Below, one piece after another: positions 1 to 9,491 of a DNA stretch of 64,000 nucleotides (the first letter of the stretch is position 1; each line of letters starts with the position of its first letter). The translations under genes and the position numbers were made by a program. The notes under the pieces were generated by a model, which was not told the origin of the DNA, did no database searches, and saw only the letters and a list, made by a program, of their open reading frames with translations. Source of the DNA: Clostridia bacterium (GTDB taxonomy: Bacteria; Bacillota; Clostridia; Oscillospirales; CAG-272); the NCBI GenBank assembly GCA_017471825.1, contig JAFURQ010000027.1:59478-123477 (forward strand), written 5' to 3'.

Positions 1-758
1 GAGTGAGTCGGATTGCTTTCGGTGATTCCCGTGCCTGCAAAGATGTCGTTGATTTTGCCGACGGAAATAACCTGAAGTCCGTTCTCCTTCAGTGCATCAA
101 GTATGCTTTTTTTAGGAGGCGCGAGCGAAAAATCGCGTCTGTTAGCCGTGCGCTTATACACTCCGTTATCGTCGGTAAAGGGGCGCGCAATAACTCTGCC
201 CACGCCGTGCTTTCCCGTGAGAATCTCTCTTGCCTTGCGGCAATACTCATAAAGGGTATCAAGAGGCACTACGTCCTCGTGTGCGGCAATTTGAAAAACG
301 CTGTCTGCGGAGGTATAGACGATGAGCGCTCCTGTTTTTACGTGCTCGTCGCCATAGTCGCGAATAACGTCGGTGCCCGAATAGGGCTTGTTACATATAA
401 CGCGCCTGCCGGTTGCCGCCTCAAACGCCTTTATAATCTCGGCGGGGAATCCGTTTGGGTAAGTGGGTAGGGGCTCCTTTGATACTATTCCGGCAATCTC
501 CCAGTGTCCGATTGTCGTATCCTTACCCATGCTCATTTCGCGGAGGCGTGCAATGCTCGCGGTGTGAGAGGGAGGGCAATCGAGGTAATCCACTCCGTCG
601 ATGCTTCCTATGCCGAGCTTTATGAGGTTTGGTATATTGAATTTTTCGGAGTGGCTGATTCGCATAAGCGTATTTGCGCCAACGTCTCCGAAAAGGTGAG
701 CGTCAGGCTCGTATCCGATTCCCAGTGAATCGAGGACTATAAGGAAAACTCTTTTCAT
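1..758 (-). CDS. deoB: phosphopentomutase, partial (C-terminus lies outside the window)
   Basis: The reverse-strand translation from the ATG at 758 reads MKRVFLIVLDSLGIGYEPDA...GKDTTIGHWEIAG...VISVGKINDIFAGTGITES, which is typical of DeoB. Its ATG overlaps the deoD stop (ATGA). It is absent from the ORF track because it runs off the window edge. The plus-strand ORFs 3..470 and 504..728 are shadows of it. Confidence 0.85.
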   Translation of the reverse strand, partial: MKRVFLIVLDSLGIGYEPDAHLFGDVGANTLMRISHSEKFNIPNLIKLGIGSIDGVDYLDCPPSHTASIARLREMSMGKDTTIGHWEIAGIVSKEPLPTYPNGFPAEIIKAFEAATGRRVICNKPYSGTDVIRDYGDEHVKTGALIVYTSADSVFQIAAHEDVVPLDTLYEYCRKAREILTGKHGVGRVIARPFTDDNGVYKRTANRRDFSLAPPKKSILDALKENGLQVISVGKINDIFAGTGITESNPTH

Positions 759-1483
759 TCTTCAAATCTTATAGCGGTGTTAAGCGCTATCTCCATCATT
801 TCTGTAAACGAGCTTCTGCGGCTTTCCGCGTCGAGAGACTCGCCTGTGAAGAGGTGGTCGGAAACGGTGCAGATAGCAAGCGCGCGCTTGCCTGCGTATG
901 CGGCGTTCATATAAAGGGCTGCCGCCTCCATTTCGACACCGAGAATACCCATTCTCTTCCATTTTTTGCTCGCCTCGGGGTCTGCGTTATAGAAAATATC
1001 GGAGGAAAGCAGGTTTCCGACGGCGTAGCTCGCGCCGATTTTATCGGCTTCCTCGATAGCTACCTTCATAAGCTCGTAGCTTGCAATGGGTGCGAACGTA
1101 CCCTCAAGACCGTACTGAACGGCAAAATTGGTGGTGGTGGATGCTCCCTGACCGATGATTATATCGCGAAGCTTTATGCTTTCGGAGATACCGCCGGCAG
1201 AGCCGATTCTGATGATATTGTCTACCCCGAAAAAGTTGTAAAGCTCGTATGAATAAATGCCGATTGAGGGCATACCCATACCGCTCGCCATAACCGAAAC
1301 TCTTTTTCCCTTATACGTGCCTGTGTAGCCCTGTATGCCACGAACGTTGTTAACGAGCTTCGCATCCTCGAGGAAGGTTTCTGCTATGAACTGTGAGCGC
1401 TGGGGGTCGCCGGGCATAAGTACGGTTTTTGCAAAATCCTCGGGAGATGCGTTTATATGCGGTGTGTGAAATTTATTACTCAT
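755..1483 (-). CDS. deoD: purine nucleoside phosphorylase, DeoD type
   Basis: The 242-aa ORF carries VMASGMGMPSIGIYSYEL and GVEMEAAALY motifs and sits in a deo cluster. Confidence 0.9.
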   Translation of the reverse strand: MSNKFHTPHINASPEDFAKTVLMPGDPQRSQFIAETFLEDAKLVNNVRGIQGYTGTYKGKRVSVMASGMGMPSIGIYSYELYNFFGVDNIIRIGSAGGISESIKLRDIIIGQGASTTTNFAVQYGLEGTFAPIASYELMKVAIEEADKIGASYAVGNLLSSDIFYNADPEASKKWKRMGILGVEMEAAALYMNAAYAGKRALAICTVSDHLFTGESLDAESRRSSFTEMMEIALNTAIRFEE

Positions 1484-1497
1484 ATCAATGTCCTTTC

Positions 1498-2166
1498 TTA
1501 ATATCCTGTGATATTGCTTTCTGCTTTTGCTATTTTTACGATTCGGCTTGTGCCGAGTCTTTCTGCGCCGAGGGCTATGAAATCCTCCGCATCCGCAAGC
1601 GAGGATATACCGCCTGCCGCCTTGATTTTGAGCGTAGGAGCGATGTTTTCCGCAAAGAGCTTAACGTCCTCGCGCGTCGCGCCGCCCGTTGAAAATCCTG
1701 TTGAGGTTTTGATGTAATCGGCGCCGGACTCGGATACTATTTTACACATTGCCACCTTTTCCTCGTCGGAAAGAAGGCAGGTTTCGATTATTACCTTTAA
1801 TATTTTGCCCTCGCACGCGGCTCTTATCGCCTTAATTTCGGCGAGAATATCGTCGTATCTCTTATCCTTGAGCATACCGATATTGATTACCATATCAATT
1901 TCGTCCGCTCCGTTTTTCACCGCGTCTGCGGTCTCATATACCTTTGTTGCGGTGGTTGAATATCCGTTGGGGAAGCCGATTACCGTGCAGATGGCAAGCT
2001 TGCCGTCAACATATTCCTTTGCCGCCTTTACGTATGCGGGGGGGATACAAACGGATGCAGTACCGAATTTTATACCGTCATCGCAGATTCCCCGGATTTG
2101 CTCCCAGGTGGCGTTAACTGCGAGCAGGGTGTGGTCGCAGACCTCAAGTATTTTTTTAAGCTCCAT
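1498..2166 (-). CDS. deoC: deoxyribose-phosphate aldolase
   Basis: The sequence [15 protein letters not shown]...IKTSTGF is DeoC-like. The start was moved to the internal ATG at 2166, directly after the tdk stop, because the longer ORF overlaps tdk. Confidence 0.88.
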   Translation of the reverse strand: MELKKILEVCDHTLLAVNATWEQIRGICDDGIKFGTASVCIPPAYVKAAKEYVDGKLAICTVIGFPNGYSTTATKVYETADAVKNGADEIDMVINIGMLKDKRYDDILAEIKAIRAACEGKILKVIIETCLLSDEEKVAMCKIVSESGADYIKTSTGFSTGGATREDVKLFAENIAPTLKIKAAGGISSLADAEDFIALGAERLGTSRIVKIAKAESNITGY

Positions 2167-2167
2167 A

Positions 2168-2749
2168 TCAATCGTTTCCTTTCTGTTTCTTTTTTTGCCA
2201 GCACTTATGGCACATGGCAATATATCTGTCGTTACCTCCGAGAAGCACCTGCTTACCGGCGGTAAGAATTTTTCCATCCTTATCTATTCGCGCGTTTACA
2301 ATGGCCTTGGAGCCGCACTCGCATATCGTTTTGATCTCGGATATTGAATCGGCGATTTCAAAAAGGCGAAGGCTTCCCGGGAAGACTCTCGTCATAAAGT
2401 CGGTGCGCAGGCCGAAGCAGAGCACCGGTACGTCAAATTCGTCGACGATTCTGCGCATCTGGTCAACCTGATCGTGAGTGAAGAACTGACACTCGTCGGC
2501 TATAATAACGTCACAGTCGGAGTGCTCCCTTGTAAAAATATCAAAAATGCTTTCATCCTTTAATATAGCATCGCAGGTGGCGGAAAGACCTATTCTCGAT
2601 TTAACCACGGTTTCTCCGTCGCGCACGTCGGTCGCGGGCTTGATAAGCCACACGCGCATTCCGCGCTCCTCGTAGTTGAATTTGGTTATAAGCACCTGTG
2701 CGGTTTTGGATGAGCCCATAGCACCGTATTTAAAATAAAGCTTAGCCAT
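2168..2749 (-). CDS. tdk: thymidine kinase
   Basis: [16 protein letters not shown] is the P-loop, and C-terminal CxxC...CxxC zinc cysteines are present. The start at 2749 has a GGTGA Shine-Dalgarno-like sequence upstream. Confidence 0.9.
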   Translation of the reverse strand: MAKLYFKYGAMGSSKTAQVLITKFNYEERGMRVWLIKPATDVRDGETVVKSRIGLSATCDAILKDESIFDIFTREHSDCDVIIADECQFFTHDQVDQMRRIVDEFDVPVLCFGLRTDFMTRVFPGSLRLFEIADSISEIKTICECGSKAIVNARIDKDGKILTAGKQVLLGGNDRYIAMCHKCWQKKKQKGND

Positions 2750-2943
2750 TTTTTCACCGTCCATAATAATATATAAATATTATAGCACACTCGCGCGAAA
2801 AATAAAAGAAGGAAAGCGATGTGATTTTTACCAAACTTTTCATTTGTATTTTGTATAAAATTTCACTTTGGGGTGGAAATTTTCAAAAAAGTGTGTTACA
2901 ATATACCGTAATAAATCAAAAACACGGAAAAGGAGGCAGATAA

Positions 2944-5052
2944 ATGGTTCTGATAATCGCGGAAAAGCCGAGCCTTGCGCGTAATATCGTGGCTGGCATA
3001 GGTAAAATGGATAAAAAGGACGGCTATTTTATCAATTCCGATTATATAGTCAGCTGGGCGTTCGGTCACCTGTTTTCGCTCGTCGACGTCGAAACCTATA
3101 CCGGCACCACCGGCACAGGCTGGACCCTTGACACACTGCCTTGCTTTCCCGAAAAATTCAAGTTCGAGCTTAAACGCGGAAATGATAAGAAGGTCGATTC
3201 CGGAGTAAAAAAGCAGTTCTCCGTTATAGAAAAGCTCATCAACCGTCCCGACGTCGATACTGTTGTAAATGCAGGAGACGCGGACCGCGAGGGTGAGATT
3301 ATAGTAAGGCTTTGTATACAAAATTCGCTTAAATCTCCAAAGGAGCAAAAGCGTCTTTGGCTCCCTGACCAGACTCCCGAAACCGTCAGAAAGGCGCTTG
3401 CTGAAATGAAGGACGAGAGTGAGTATAACAGTCTTGCGGAGGAGGGCTTTGCCCGAACCTATATTGACTGGCTGTACGGCGTTAATTTGACACGGTATGC
3501 CACTATTCGCTCGGGACAGCTTCTCAGAGTGGGCAGAGTTATTGTTCCGATAGTCCGCGCAATATACGATAGGGATATAGAAATCAGAAATTTCAAGCCC
3601 GAAATATACTACGCCATACAATCAAGCGCAAAGACTCACGGGCAAAAAATTGACCTTGTAAGTAAACATAAGTTTGCAAAAGACGAGAAAAACAAGGCGG
3701 AAGAGCTCGCAACGCTTTACAATAATACGGGCGCTGTCGTATCTGCCGTTGAAAATAAAAAGGATACGATTTTCCCCGGAAAGCTTTACTCCTTGTCAAC
3801 TCTGCAAAACGTGCTTGGAAAAAAATATAAAATGAGCATGGCTGACAGCCTGAAAATTATACAAAAGCTCTACGAGGAGGGATACCTCACATATCCGAGA
3901 ACCAACTCGGAATACCTTGCAACTGCAGAAAAGGACAAAATGCGCTCGATAATCGCCAACGTTTCAAAGCTTGGATATCCCGTGCGCTTCAAGGACTCGA
4001 AATCAATATTCGATGACTCCAAAATCGAATCGCACTCTGCGCTTACCCCGACATACAAAATCCCCGACGTCAACAAGCTTGATGAAAAGGAAAAGCAGGT
4101 TTATTCCACCGTTTTCCGCAGATTTGTAGCGGTTTTCTGCGCCGAGGAGTGTATTGCGAGCAAGAGCGAGATACGGATAAAGGTTGGCGAGCTCGAGGAA
4201 TTTTCTCTCAAGGGTACGGTAATTCTTGAGCCCGGATGGACGAAATACGATGACTATTCCGGCAAGGATAAGGTCCTGCCCAAGCTTACAGTAGGGGAGT
4301 CGGTTAATATCGATTTCCAACCTACCGAAAAGGAAACCACACCGCCAAAGCATTACACTATCGAGACTCTCAATAAGTACCTTAAGAATCCTTTTAAGGA
4401 CGACAAGGCGAAGGCGCGCGAGCTTGAGGAGGCAGGCGAGGTCGACGATGCCGACGATTACCGCGCAATATTTGAAGGACTCGAGCTCGGCACCGAGGCT
4501 ACCCGTACGGGAATTATAGACAACGCCAGGAAAAGCGGATATATAAATCTCAAAAAGGATGTTTACACTATACTTGGCGGCGGTGAATTTCTTATAGAAT
4601 CGCTTGGACGCCTTGGTATCGCTATGGACAAGTATAAAACCAGCGAGATGGGCAAAGCGCTTAAAAAGGTTTTCCATGGAGAGATGAGCGCTGAAGAGAG
4701 TGTGAAGCTTGCAGAGCGTGAGATTCTCGAAATCTTCAAAAACGGAGGAACGGCGGTTGCTGCGGCGCCCGTACCGACAGGCTCGCTCGGTGAGATAGTC
4801 GGTCCTTGCCCCCTGTGCGGCAAGAACGTTATCAGAGGAAGACAGGGCTACGGATGTATGGGTTACAAGGAGGGGTGCGATTTCAGAATCGGGCTCACCA
4901 TTTGCAAAAAGACTGTACCGATAAATCAAATCCGCGCGCTTCTTGCGACGGGCACGACAGCAAAGCTTCGCGGTTTCATTTCAAAAACGGGAAAAAGCTT
5001 TGACGGAAAGCTGATAATAAAGGATGGAAAGGTTGTTTTTGATTTCAGTTGA
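2944..5052 (+). CDS. topB: DNA topoisomerase III with a C-terminal zinc-finger region
   Basis: MVLIIAEKPSLARNI is the Toprim N-terminus. YLTYPRTNSEYL contains the active-site Tyr region. The C-terminus has CPLCGKNV...GYGCMGYKEGCDF. GGAGG lies upstream of the start. Confidence 0.85.
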   Translation: MVLIIAEKPSLARNIVAGIGKMDKKDGYFINSDYIVSWAFGHLFSLVDVETYTGTTGTGWTLDTLPCFPEKFKFELKRGNDKKVDSGVKKQFSVIEKLINRPDVDTVVNAGDADREGEIIVRLCIQNSLKSPKEQKRLWLPDQTPETVRKALAEMKDESEYNSLAEEGFARTYIDWLYGVNLTRYATIRSGQLLRVGRVIVPIVRAIYDRDIEIRNFKPEIYYAIQSSAKTHGQKIDLVSKHKFAKDEKNKAEELATLYNNTGAVVSAVENKKDTIFPGKLYSLSTLQNVLGKKYKMSMADSLKIIQKLYEEGYLTYPRTNSEYLATAEKDKMRSIIANVSKLGYPVRFKDSKSIFDDSKIESHSALTPTYKIPDVNKLDEKEKQVYSTVFRRFVAVFCAEECIASKSEIRIKVGELEEFSLKGTVILEPGWTKYDDYSGKDKVLPKLTVGESVNIDFQPTEKETTPPKHYTIETLNKYLKNPFKDDKAKARELEEAGEVDDADDYRAIFEGLELGTEATRTGIIDNARKSGYINLKKDVYTILGGGEFLIESLGRLGIAMDKYKTSEMGKALKKVFHGEMSAEESVKLAEREILEIFKNGGTAVAAAPVPTGSLGEIVGPCPLCGKNVIRGRQGYGCMGYKEGCDFRIGLTICKKTVPINQIRALLATGTTAKLRGFISKTGKSFDGKLIIKDGKVVFDFS

Positions 5053-5128
5053 ACCAATTTTTGCCTTCAGCATAGTATAGTATTAGGCGGGCAAGAGCCC
5101 ACCGAAGTAACTCCCGGAGGCAAACATA

Positions 5129-5227
5129 ATGAACAACAACTGCTTGTGCCACATCTTTGATGACAACTGCACTTGGATTGTTATCCTTGCTATCGTTATA
5201 GTTTTCTGTTGCTGCTGCAACAACTAA
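5129..5227 (+). CDS. 32-aa cysteine-rich single-pass membrane peptide, possibly YjcZ-like (tiny sporulation-peptide family)
   Basis: The peptide MNNNCLCHIFDDNCTWIVILAIVIVFCCCCNN was read directly from the DNA. GGAGG lies 9 nt upstream of the ATG, and a strong terminator follows immediately. It is below the 60-aa cut-off of the ORF track. Confidence 0.5.
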   Translation: MNNNCLCHIFDDNCTWIVILAIVIVFCCCCNN

Positions 5228-5240
5228 TCTGTAATGTAAA

Positions 5241-5275
5241 AGCCGATGCGTTTCGCATCGGCTTTTTATTTTTGG
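5241..5275 (+). terminator. rho-independent terminator
   Basis: A perfect 10-bp stem (agccgatgcg ttt cgcatcggct) is followed by TTTTTATTTTT. Confidence 0.75.
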
Positions 5276-5333
5276 CATTATTATTGAACCGTCGGCATAA
5301 GATTAAACAAATAAAAGTATTTTTGGAGGAAAT

Positions 5334-5810
5334 ATGTTTGTATACTCTGTTCGCGCATCAACGGTAAAGTTTTTTGCCGTTATAGCTGTCACGCTTGCCG
5401 TGGTTATAAGTGCGATAGCGATAGGAAATTCAACCGCCGTTACAACCTCTGCGGCAGGTGGGGTTGATTTTAGCGGAATAAAAACGAATGAGGATAGGCT
5501 CGAATTTATTTCTCAATTCGGTATAGAGGTTACGGGAGAGCCAAAGGAAAGCATAAGCTTTGCCGTTCCCGAAAATTTCGATAGCGTTATATCGGGATAT
5601 AATGAAATACAGAAGTCGCAGGGTCTTGATATAAGCAAGTATAAGAATAAAAAGGTTACACGGTACACCTATGAAATAGACGGATACGGGGATTACAGCG
5701 GACCGGTCTACGTTAATCTTATAGTTTATCGTAATACCGTAGTTGCCTGCGACGTGTCCAGCGCAGACCCGTCGGGATTTATCGAGCCCCTTGTCAAGTT
5801 GAACGGTTAA
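5334..5810 (+). CDS. DUF4830-like membrane-anchored protein
   Basis: There is an N-terminal TM helix. The pattern ...RLEFISQFGIEV..EP...F.VPENFD.V...YNEIQKSQGLDISKYKNKKVTRYTY resembles the DUF4830 family as I recall it. Confidence 0.55.
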   Translation: MFVYSVRASTVKFFAVIAVTLAVVISAIAIGNSTAVTTSAAGGVDFSGIKTNEDRLEFISQFGIEVTGEPKESISFAVPENFDSVISGYNEIQKSQGLDISKYKNKKVTRYTYEIDGYGDYSGPVYVNLIVYRNTVVACDVSSADPSGFIEPLVKLNG

Positions 5811-5863
5811 TGCCACCCCGTGTCAAGAAAAACGCCCTCCAAAAGCAATCTGGAGGGCGTTTT

Positions 5864-6805
5864 TTATTCTTCATCTGCTGTATTTTGTACGTTTTCCTTG
5901 CGCTTTGAATACAAAATGAGAGAGAAGGAAAGAGCAAAGCCTATAATAATGAACAGTACGCTGATTATCCAGTACCAAGCATTCGGCATAAGCTCCCCGA
6001 GCGAGAGCCCAGATTCCTTTGCGGTTGATATAAATACGGTCGGAATTGAGCCGACAATGAAGCCGATAATTGCAAAATACGTACCGCGCGGGCATTTTGC
6101 CAGAAGAATCTTCATAATTATGCTGATTATGAAAAATCCAATCACAATTCCGGCGCCCGTTGTTCCGAGCACCGCGATGGAAACGCCGATATCGCGTCCC
6201 TTAAGCAGGTGGTCTGTGGCGATGGATATTATGGGGTTATAGTATCCCAGAATAAGAAGAAGCATGCTTCCCGATATGCCGGGAATGACGAGTGCCGCCG
6301 AGCCGATAAGTCCAACGAGGAACAGAAGCACGTAGCCGCCAAAATTAAGGTTCAGTAAATTTACGTCTGCACTTACCGGTAGGAATGAGAGCGCCAGGGC
6401 GAAAAGAAGGGGGATTATCAAGGCAATAATATTGGTTGCGCTCGGCTTTCCCTTAGTTTTGTCGGTTATGGAGAAAAGTCCGCCGAATGCAAGTCCTACG
6501 AAAATACATACGGTAGGGATGGGAAATGCCTCAAGCGCCCAGCCGAGGGGGAAGAGCAGGGCGAGAACTCCCGCCACCATTCCTATCGCTACGGGCAGAA
6601 GGGTTAAAACGCTTTTCTTAAAATTCTTGAATATGTCTGCAATGGCATCGATAAGCTTCTCATAAATTCCAAGAATCGCAGCTATTGAGCCGCCTGAAAA
6701 TCCAGGGATTATGAAGGCAATGCCGATTAGCATTCCATATATTATATCCGTGAAAAAGGTTTTCACCGCGCAGGATGCGCCAACCTTATTTTCATTCATT
6801 TTCAA
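5864..6805 (-). CDS. DUF368 family polytopic membrane protein (family implicated in undecaprenyl-phosphate recycling)
   Basis: The duplicated IPGFSGGSIAAILGIY / IPGISGSMLLLILGYY motifs are characteristic of DUF368. Confidence 0.75.
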   Translation of the reverse strand: MKMNENKVGASCAVKTFFTDIIYGMLIGIAFIIPGFSGGSIAAILGIYEKLIDAIADIFKNFKKSVLTLLPVAIGMVAGVLALLFPLGWALEAFPIPTVCIFVGLAFGGLFSITDKTKGKPSATNIIALIIPLLFALALSFLPVSADVNLLNLNFGGYVLLFLVGLIGSAALVIPGISGSMLLLILGYYNPIISIATDHLLKGRDIGVSIAVLGTTGAGIVIGFFIISIIMKILLAKCPRGTYFAIIGFIVGSIPTVFISTAKESGLSLGELMPNAWYWIISVLFIIIGFALSFSLILYSKRKENVQNTADEE

Positions 6806-6855
6806 TACTCCTTTTGTTAAGTGTTATTCTGTAATCACGAATAACGTTTGTCGGA

Positions 6856-7701
6856 TTATCTTTTCAATGCTTCAAGCGCATTGAAAAATTCGGTGGGGAC
6901 TGCAAGCGTGCCGCGCCCCGTGCCAAGCTCTATTCCGGGCTTGCGCCAGCCGTGAAAATCGCTTCCGCCGCTTTCAAAAATCCCGTATTCACTTGCAATT
7001 TTTCTTGCAAGAGCCGTTGTTTCATCATCAAATTTAGAATAGAGAGTTTCCATAGCGTGAAGCCCGGCGGCTTTTGCTTTGGGAAGAAATTCGCGTAGCT
7101 CGGGCTCCGAAAGATTAAGGAACGGATGCGCAAGCACAGACACCGCGCCTATGGATTTTATGAATTTGATAACCTCGAACACGTCAAGTCTTTTAGGCTG
7201 TGTGTAAAATTTTCCGTTCTTGCTCAAAAGAGTGTCAAACGCCTCTTCTATGCTCTTAACGTATCCTGCCATCATCAGTTGATGCGCAATATGCGCGCGG
7301 TTTATCTGTCCGCGTGACTCACCGTGCAATTTTTCGAGATCTATGATATAGCCGCCTGCGTTAAGCCGTTCAATAAGCTCAAGGTTGCATTTTTCCTTGC
7401 GTTTTTTCAAATCGTCAACGAGGGCGTTTATCTTTTCGTAGCTTTCTTCTTTTATAAACAGTGCAACTATATGAAGCTCGGTTTCTCCGTAATCGGTTGA
7501 AAATTCAACCCCCGGCACCGCCTTTATCGGCTTTCCTTCGGCGGCGCTTTTAAATTCCGCAAGTCCCGAAATGCAGTTGTGATCGGTGAGCGCAATTGCC
7601 GAAAGACCAAGCCTTACGGCTTCGTCTATCAGCTCAGCCGGGGTGTAGGTTCCGTCGGAAAAATTCGAATGTGTATGCAAATCACAGTAGGGCTTTATCA
7701 T
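6856..7701 (-). CDS. PHP-domain metal-dependent phosphoesterase
   Basis: CDLHTHSNFSDG...ALTDHN is the PHP signature. Confidence 0.8.
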   Translation of the reverse strand: MIKPYCDLHTHSNFSDGTYTPAELIDEAVRLGLSAIALTDHNCISGLAEFKSAAEGKPIKAVPGVEFSTDYGETELHIVALFIKEESYEKINALVDDLKKRKEKCNLELIERLNAGGYIIDLEKLHGESRGQINRAHIAHQLMMAGYVKSIEEAFDTLLSKNGKFYTQPKRLDVFEVIKFIKSIGAVSVLAHPFLNLSEPELREFLPKAKAAGLHAMETLYSKFDDETTALARKIASEYGIFESGGSDFHGWRKPGIELGTGRGTLAVPTEFFNALEALKR

Positions 7702-7728
7702 TTTTCACTCTTTTCGTAGTTTTTATGG

Positions 7729-8727
7729 TTAACGGTATTCATCAAGCACGCTTTTTAATAGCTCGGGGTTATCCGTCATAATGCAGTCACATCCCAGCTC
7801 AATAAGCTCGCGCATTTCATCGGGATCGTTGATAGTCCAATACTGTACCGCAATATTTCTCTTGTGGGCGCGCTTTATGATAGTTTTCTTCGTCAGATTG
7901 AGCTCTATACCGAGATCGTAGCTCATGGGAATCTGAAGGCAGGCAAAATCACTGTTGTCAAAAATATTTACACCAAGAAATTGCGTTATGATAAATTTTG
8001 CGGCGGTGCCTGTGGGGGCACCTCTCAAAAGATCCGGGTATTTAGCCTTCAGCTCATCCTCAATTTCGTCGTGGAAGGTACCGACAACTATCTGATCTCT
8101 GTAATTGGGGTATTGATTAAGCGTAGCGTTTAAAATTTCACACGCCCTGTACCCAAGCTCTCCGTCGTTCTTAATTTCAACGATAAAAAGCAGGTCGGGG
8201 TGGCTCTCGTAAAATTCCGCAAAAAGCTTGTCAACGGTTGCAATCTGAAGCCCTGATTCCTTAAGCTCCACGGCGTCCTTGTGTATTCTTTCTCCGTTTT
8301 CATCCTCAAAGTAGTATCCGAAATTATACTGCTCAAGCTCGGCAAGCGTCATATCCTTTATGTAGTGGCGGTTTGCCTTGTCCTCGCAAAGAGCCTCAAC
8401 CTCCTCGAGCGTGATATCGCCGTTTACGTTGCAGGTTTCATCAATGTACGAGTCGTGGTTGTATACGAGATAGCCGTCCTTCGTGAGATAAAGGTCGCTT
8501 TCTATTATATCTACGCCGATTGTCTTTACGGCTTCTCTGAATGCAAGCATCGTGTTTTCGGGGTTGTTATCACCGCCGCCTCTGTGTGCGGCAATCATAG
8601 GCAGCTCGCCCTCGGCAACAACAAAAGGGTTATTTTCAACGTTTGCTTTTGGCGGAATGAGGTTTATCACCAGCATAAATACTGTGATAACTGCCAGAAT
8701 TATAGCAATAATTTTTAAAGCTTTCAT
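7729..8727 (-). CDS. glycerophosphodiester phosphodiesterase family protein, membrane-anchored
   Basis: There is an N-terminal TM helix, followed by AAHRGGGDNNPENTMLAF...ESDLYLTKDG..V..HD (GDPD motifs). Confidence 0.8.
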   Translation of the reverse strand: MKALKIIAIILAVITVFMLVINLIPPKANVENNPFVVAEGELPMIAAHRGGGDNNPENTMLAFREAVKTIGVDIIESDLYLTKDGYLVYNHDSYIDETCNVNGDITLEEVEALCEDKANRHYIKDMTLAELEQYNFGYYFEDENGERIHKDAVELKESGLQIATVDKLFAEFYESHPDLLFIVEIKNDGELGYRACEILNATLNQYPNYRDQIVVGTFHDEIEDELKAKYPDLLRGAPTGTAAKFIITQFLGVNIFDNSDFACLQIPMSYDLGIELNLTKKTIIKRAHKRNIAVQYWTINDPDEMRELIELGCDCIMTDNPELLKSVLDEYR

Positions 8728-8740
8728 TTTTGCCTCCGAT

Positions 8741-9442
8741 TTATTTGTTCACCGTAAATTTGCAGTTGGGATAGTTTGAGCAGCCGTAAAACTCGCCGTT
8801 TCTTCCGTTTCTCAAAACGAGCTTACCGTTGCATCTGGGGCAGATACCCTTGTCGATTTTCTTCTGATTTTCCTTGATACTCTTCACGTGCTCGCGTGAG
8901 GAAACCGTGCGGCTTGCCGCCGCCTTTAGGGTTTCATATATCCCGTCAATCTCCTTGCGATTATACTTTGTGCCGTCATCGTAATGCGCGAGGTAGTGCT
9001 TCAGGTCGTCAAGGTTGACTACGTATGGCACGTCGATCTTGTCCGCGTTATTCTGCACCATAACTACGAGGGAATTGACCTTGTAGCTCGGGCCGAGCAC
9101 GCGCTCAAGCTGGCGTATGTGAGATTTGTTTTGCCTTATGGGGTTGTTATGCTCGTGCTTCAGATTGCCGAGCACCTGTACCCACTTTTCTCTCTCCTCG
9201 TCGCCGTAAATAATTCCTGCATAGTTTTTCGTTTCTATACAGAAAATTCCGTTGCTTCTGATCTCAACGTGATCGATCTGATGGCTGTTTCCGTATCTGT
9301 CAACAAGCATCAGATTGTTTATCGTTTTGTTGTATGTAGCATCAAAAATCAGGGGATTAAGCTTTGAGTTTACCTTTCTTTCTCCCGCCTTTCCTTTGGC
9401 GTTGTTTACAATGGGTTGTACCATTTTTTTGAAAAATCCCAT
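8741..9442 (-). CDS. NERD-domain protein with a C-terminal topoisomerase-type zinc ribbon
   Basis: GERKV...IDHV..R..GIFCIETKNY is a NERD-like core. The C-terminus carries CPRCNGKLVLRNG..GEFYGCSNYPNC. Confidence 0.65.
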   Translation of the reverse strand: MGFFKKMVQPIVNNAKGKAGERKVNSKLNPLIFDATYNKTINNLMLVDRYGNSHQIDHVEIRSNGIFCIETKNYAGIIYGDEEREKWVQVLGNLKHEHNNPIRQNKSHIRQLERVLGPSYKVNSLVVMVQNNADKIDVPYVVNLDDLKHYLAHYDDGTKYNRKEIDGIYETLKAAASRTVSSREHVKSIKENQKKIDKGICPRCNGKLVLRNGRNGEFYGCSNYPNCKFTVNK

Positions 9443-9491
9443 ACTGTTTCTCCTGTAAAGTGATTTATTTCTAAAGCTTTCAATTTAAATG

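Noticed and set aside
3-728. Plus-strand ORFs 3..470 and 504..728 at the window start
   Set aside because: The opposite strand encodes an uninterrupted, clearly recognisable phosphopentomutase N-terminal part. The plus-strand ORFs are shadow frames.
5045-5278. 77-aa minus-strand ORF downstream of topB
   Set aside because: It overlaps the plus-strand Shine-Dalgarno-plus-terminator-bounded 32-aa peptide gene and runs through the terminator hairpin. It has no start context.
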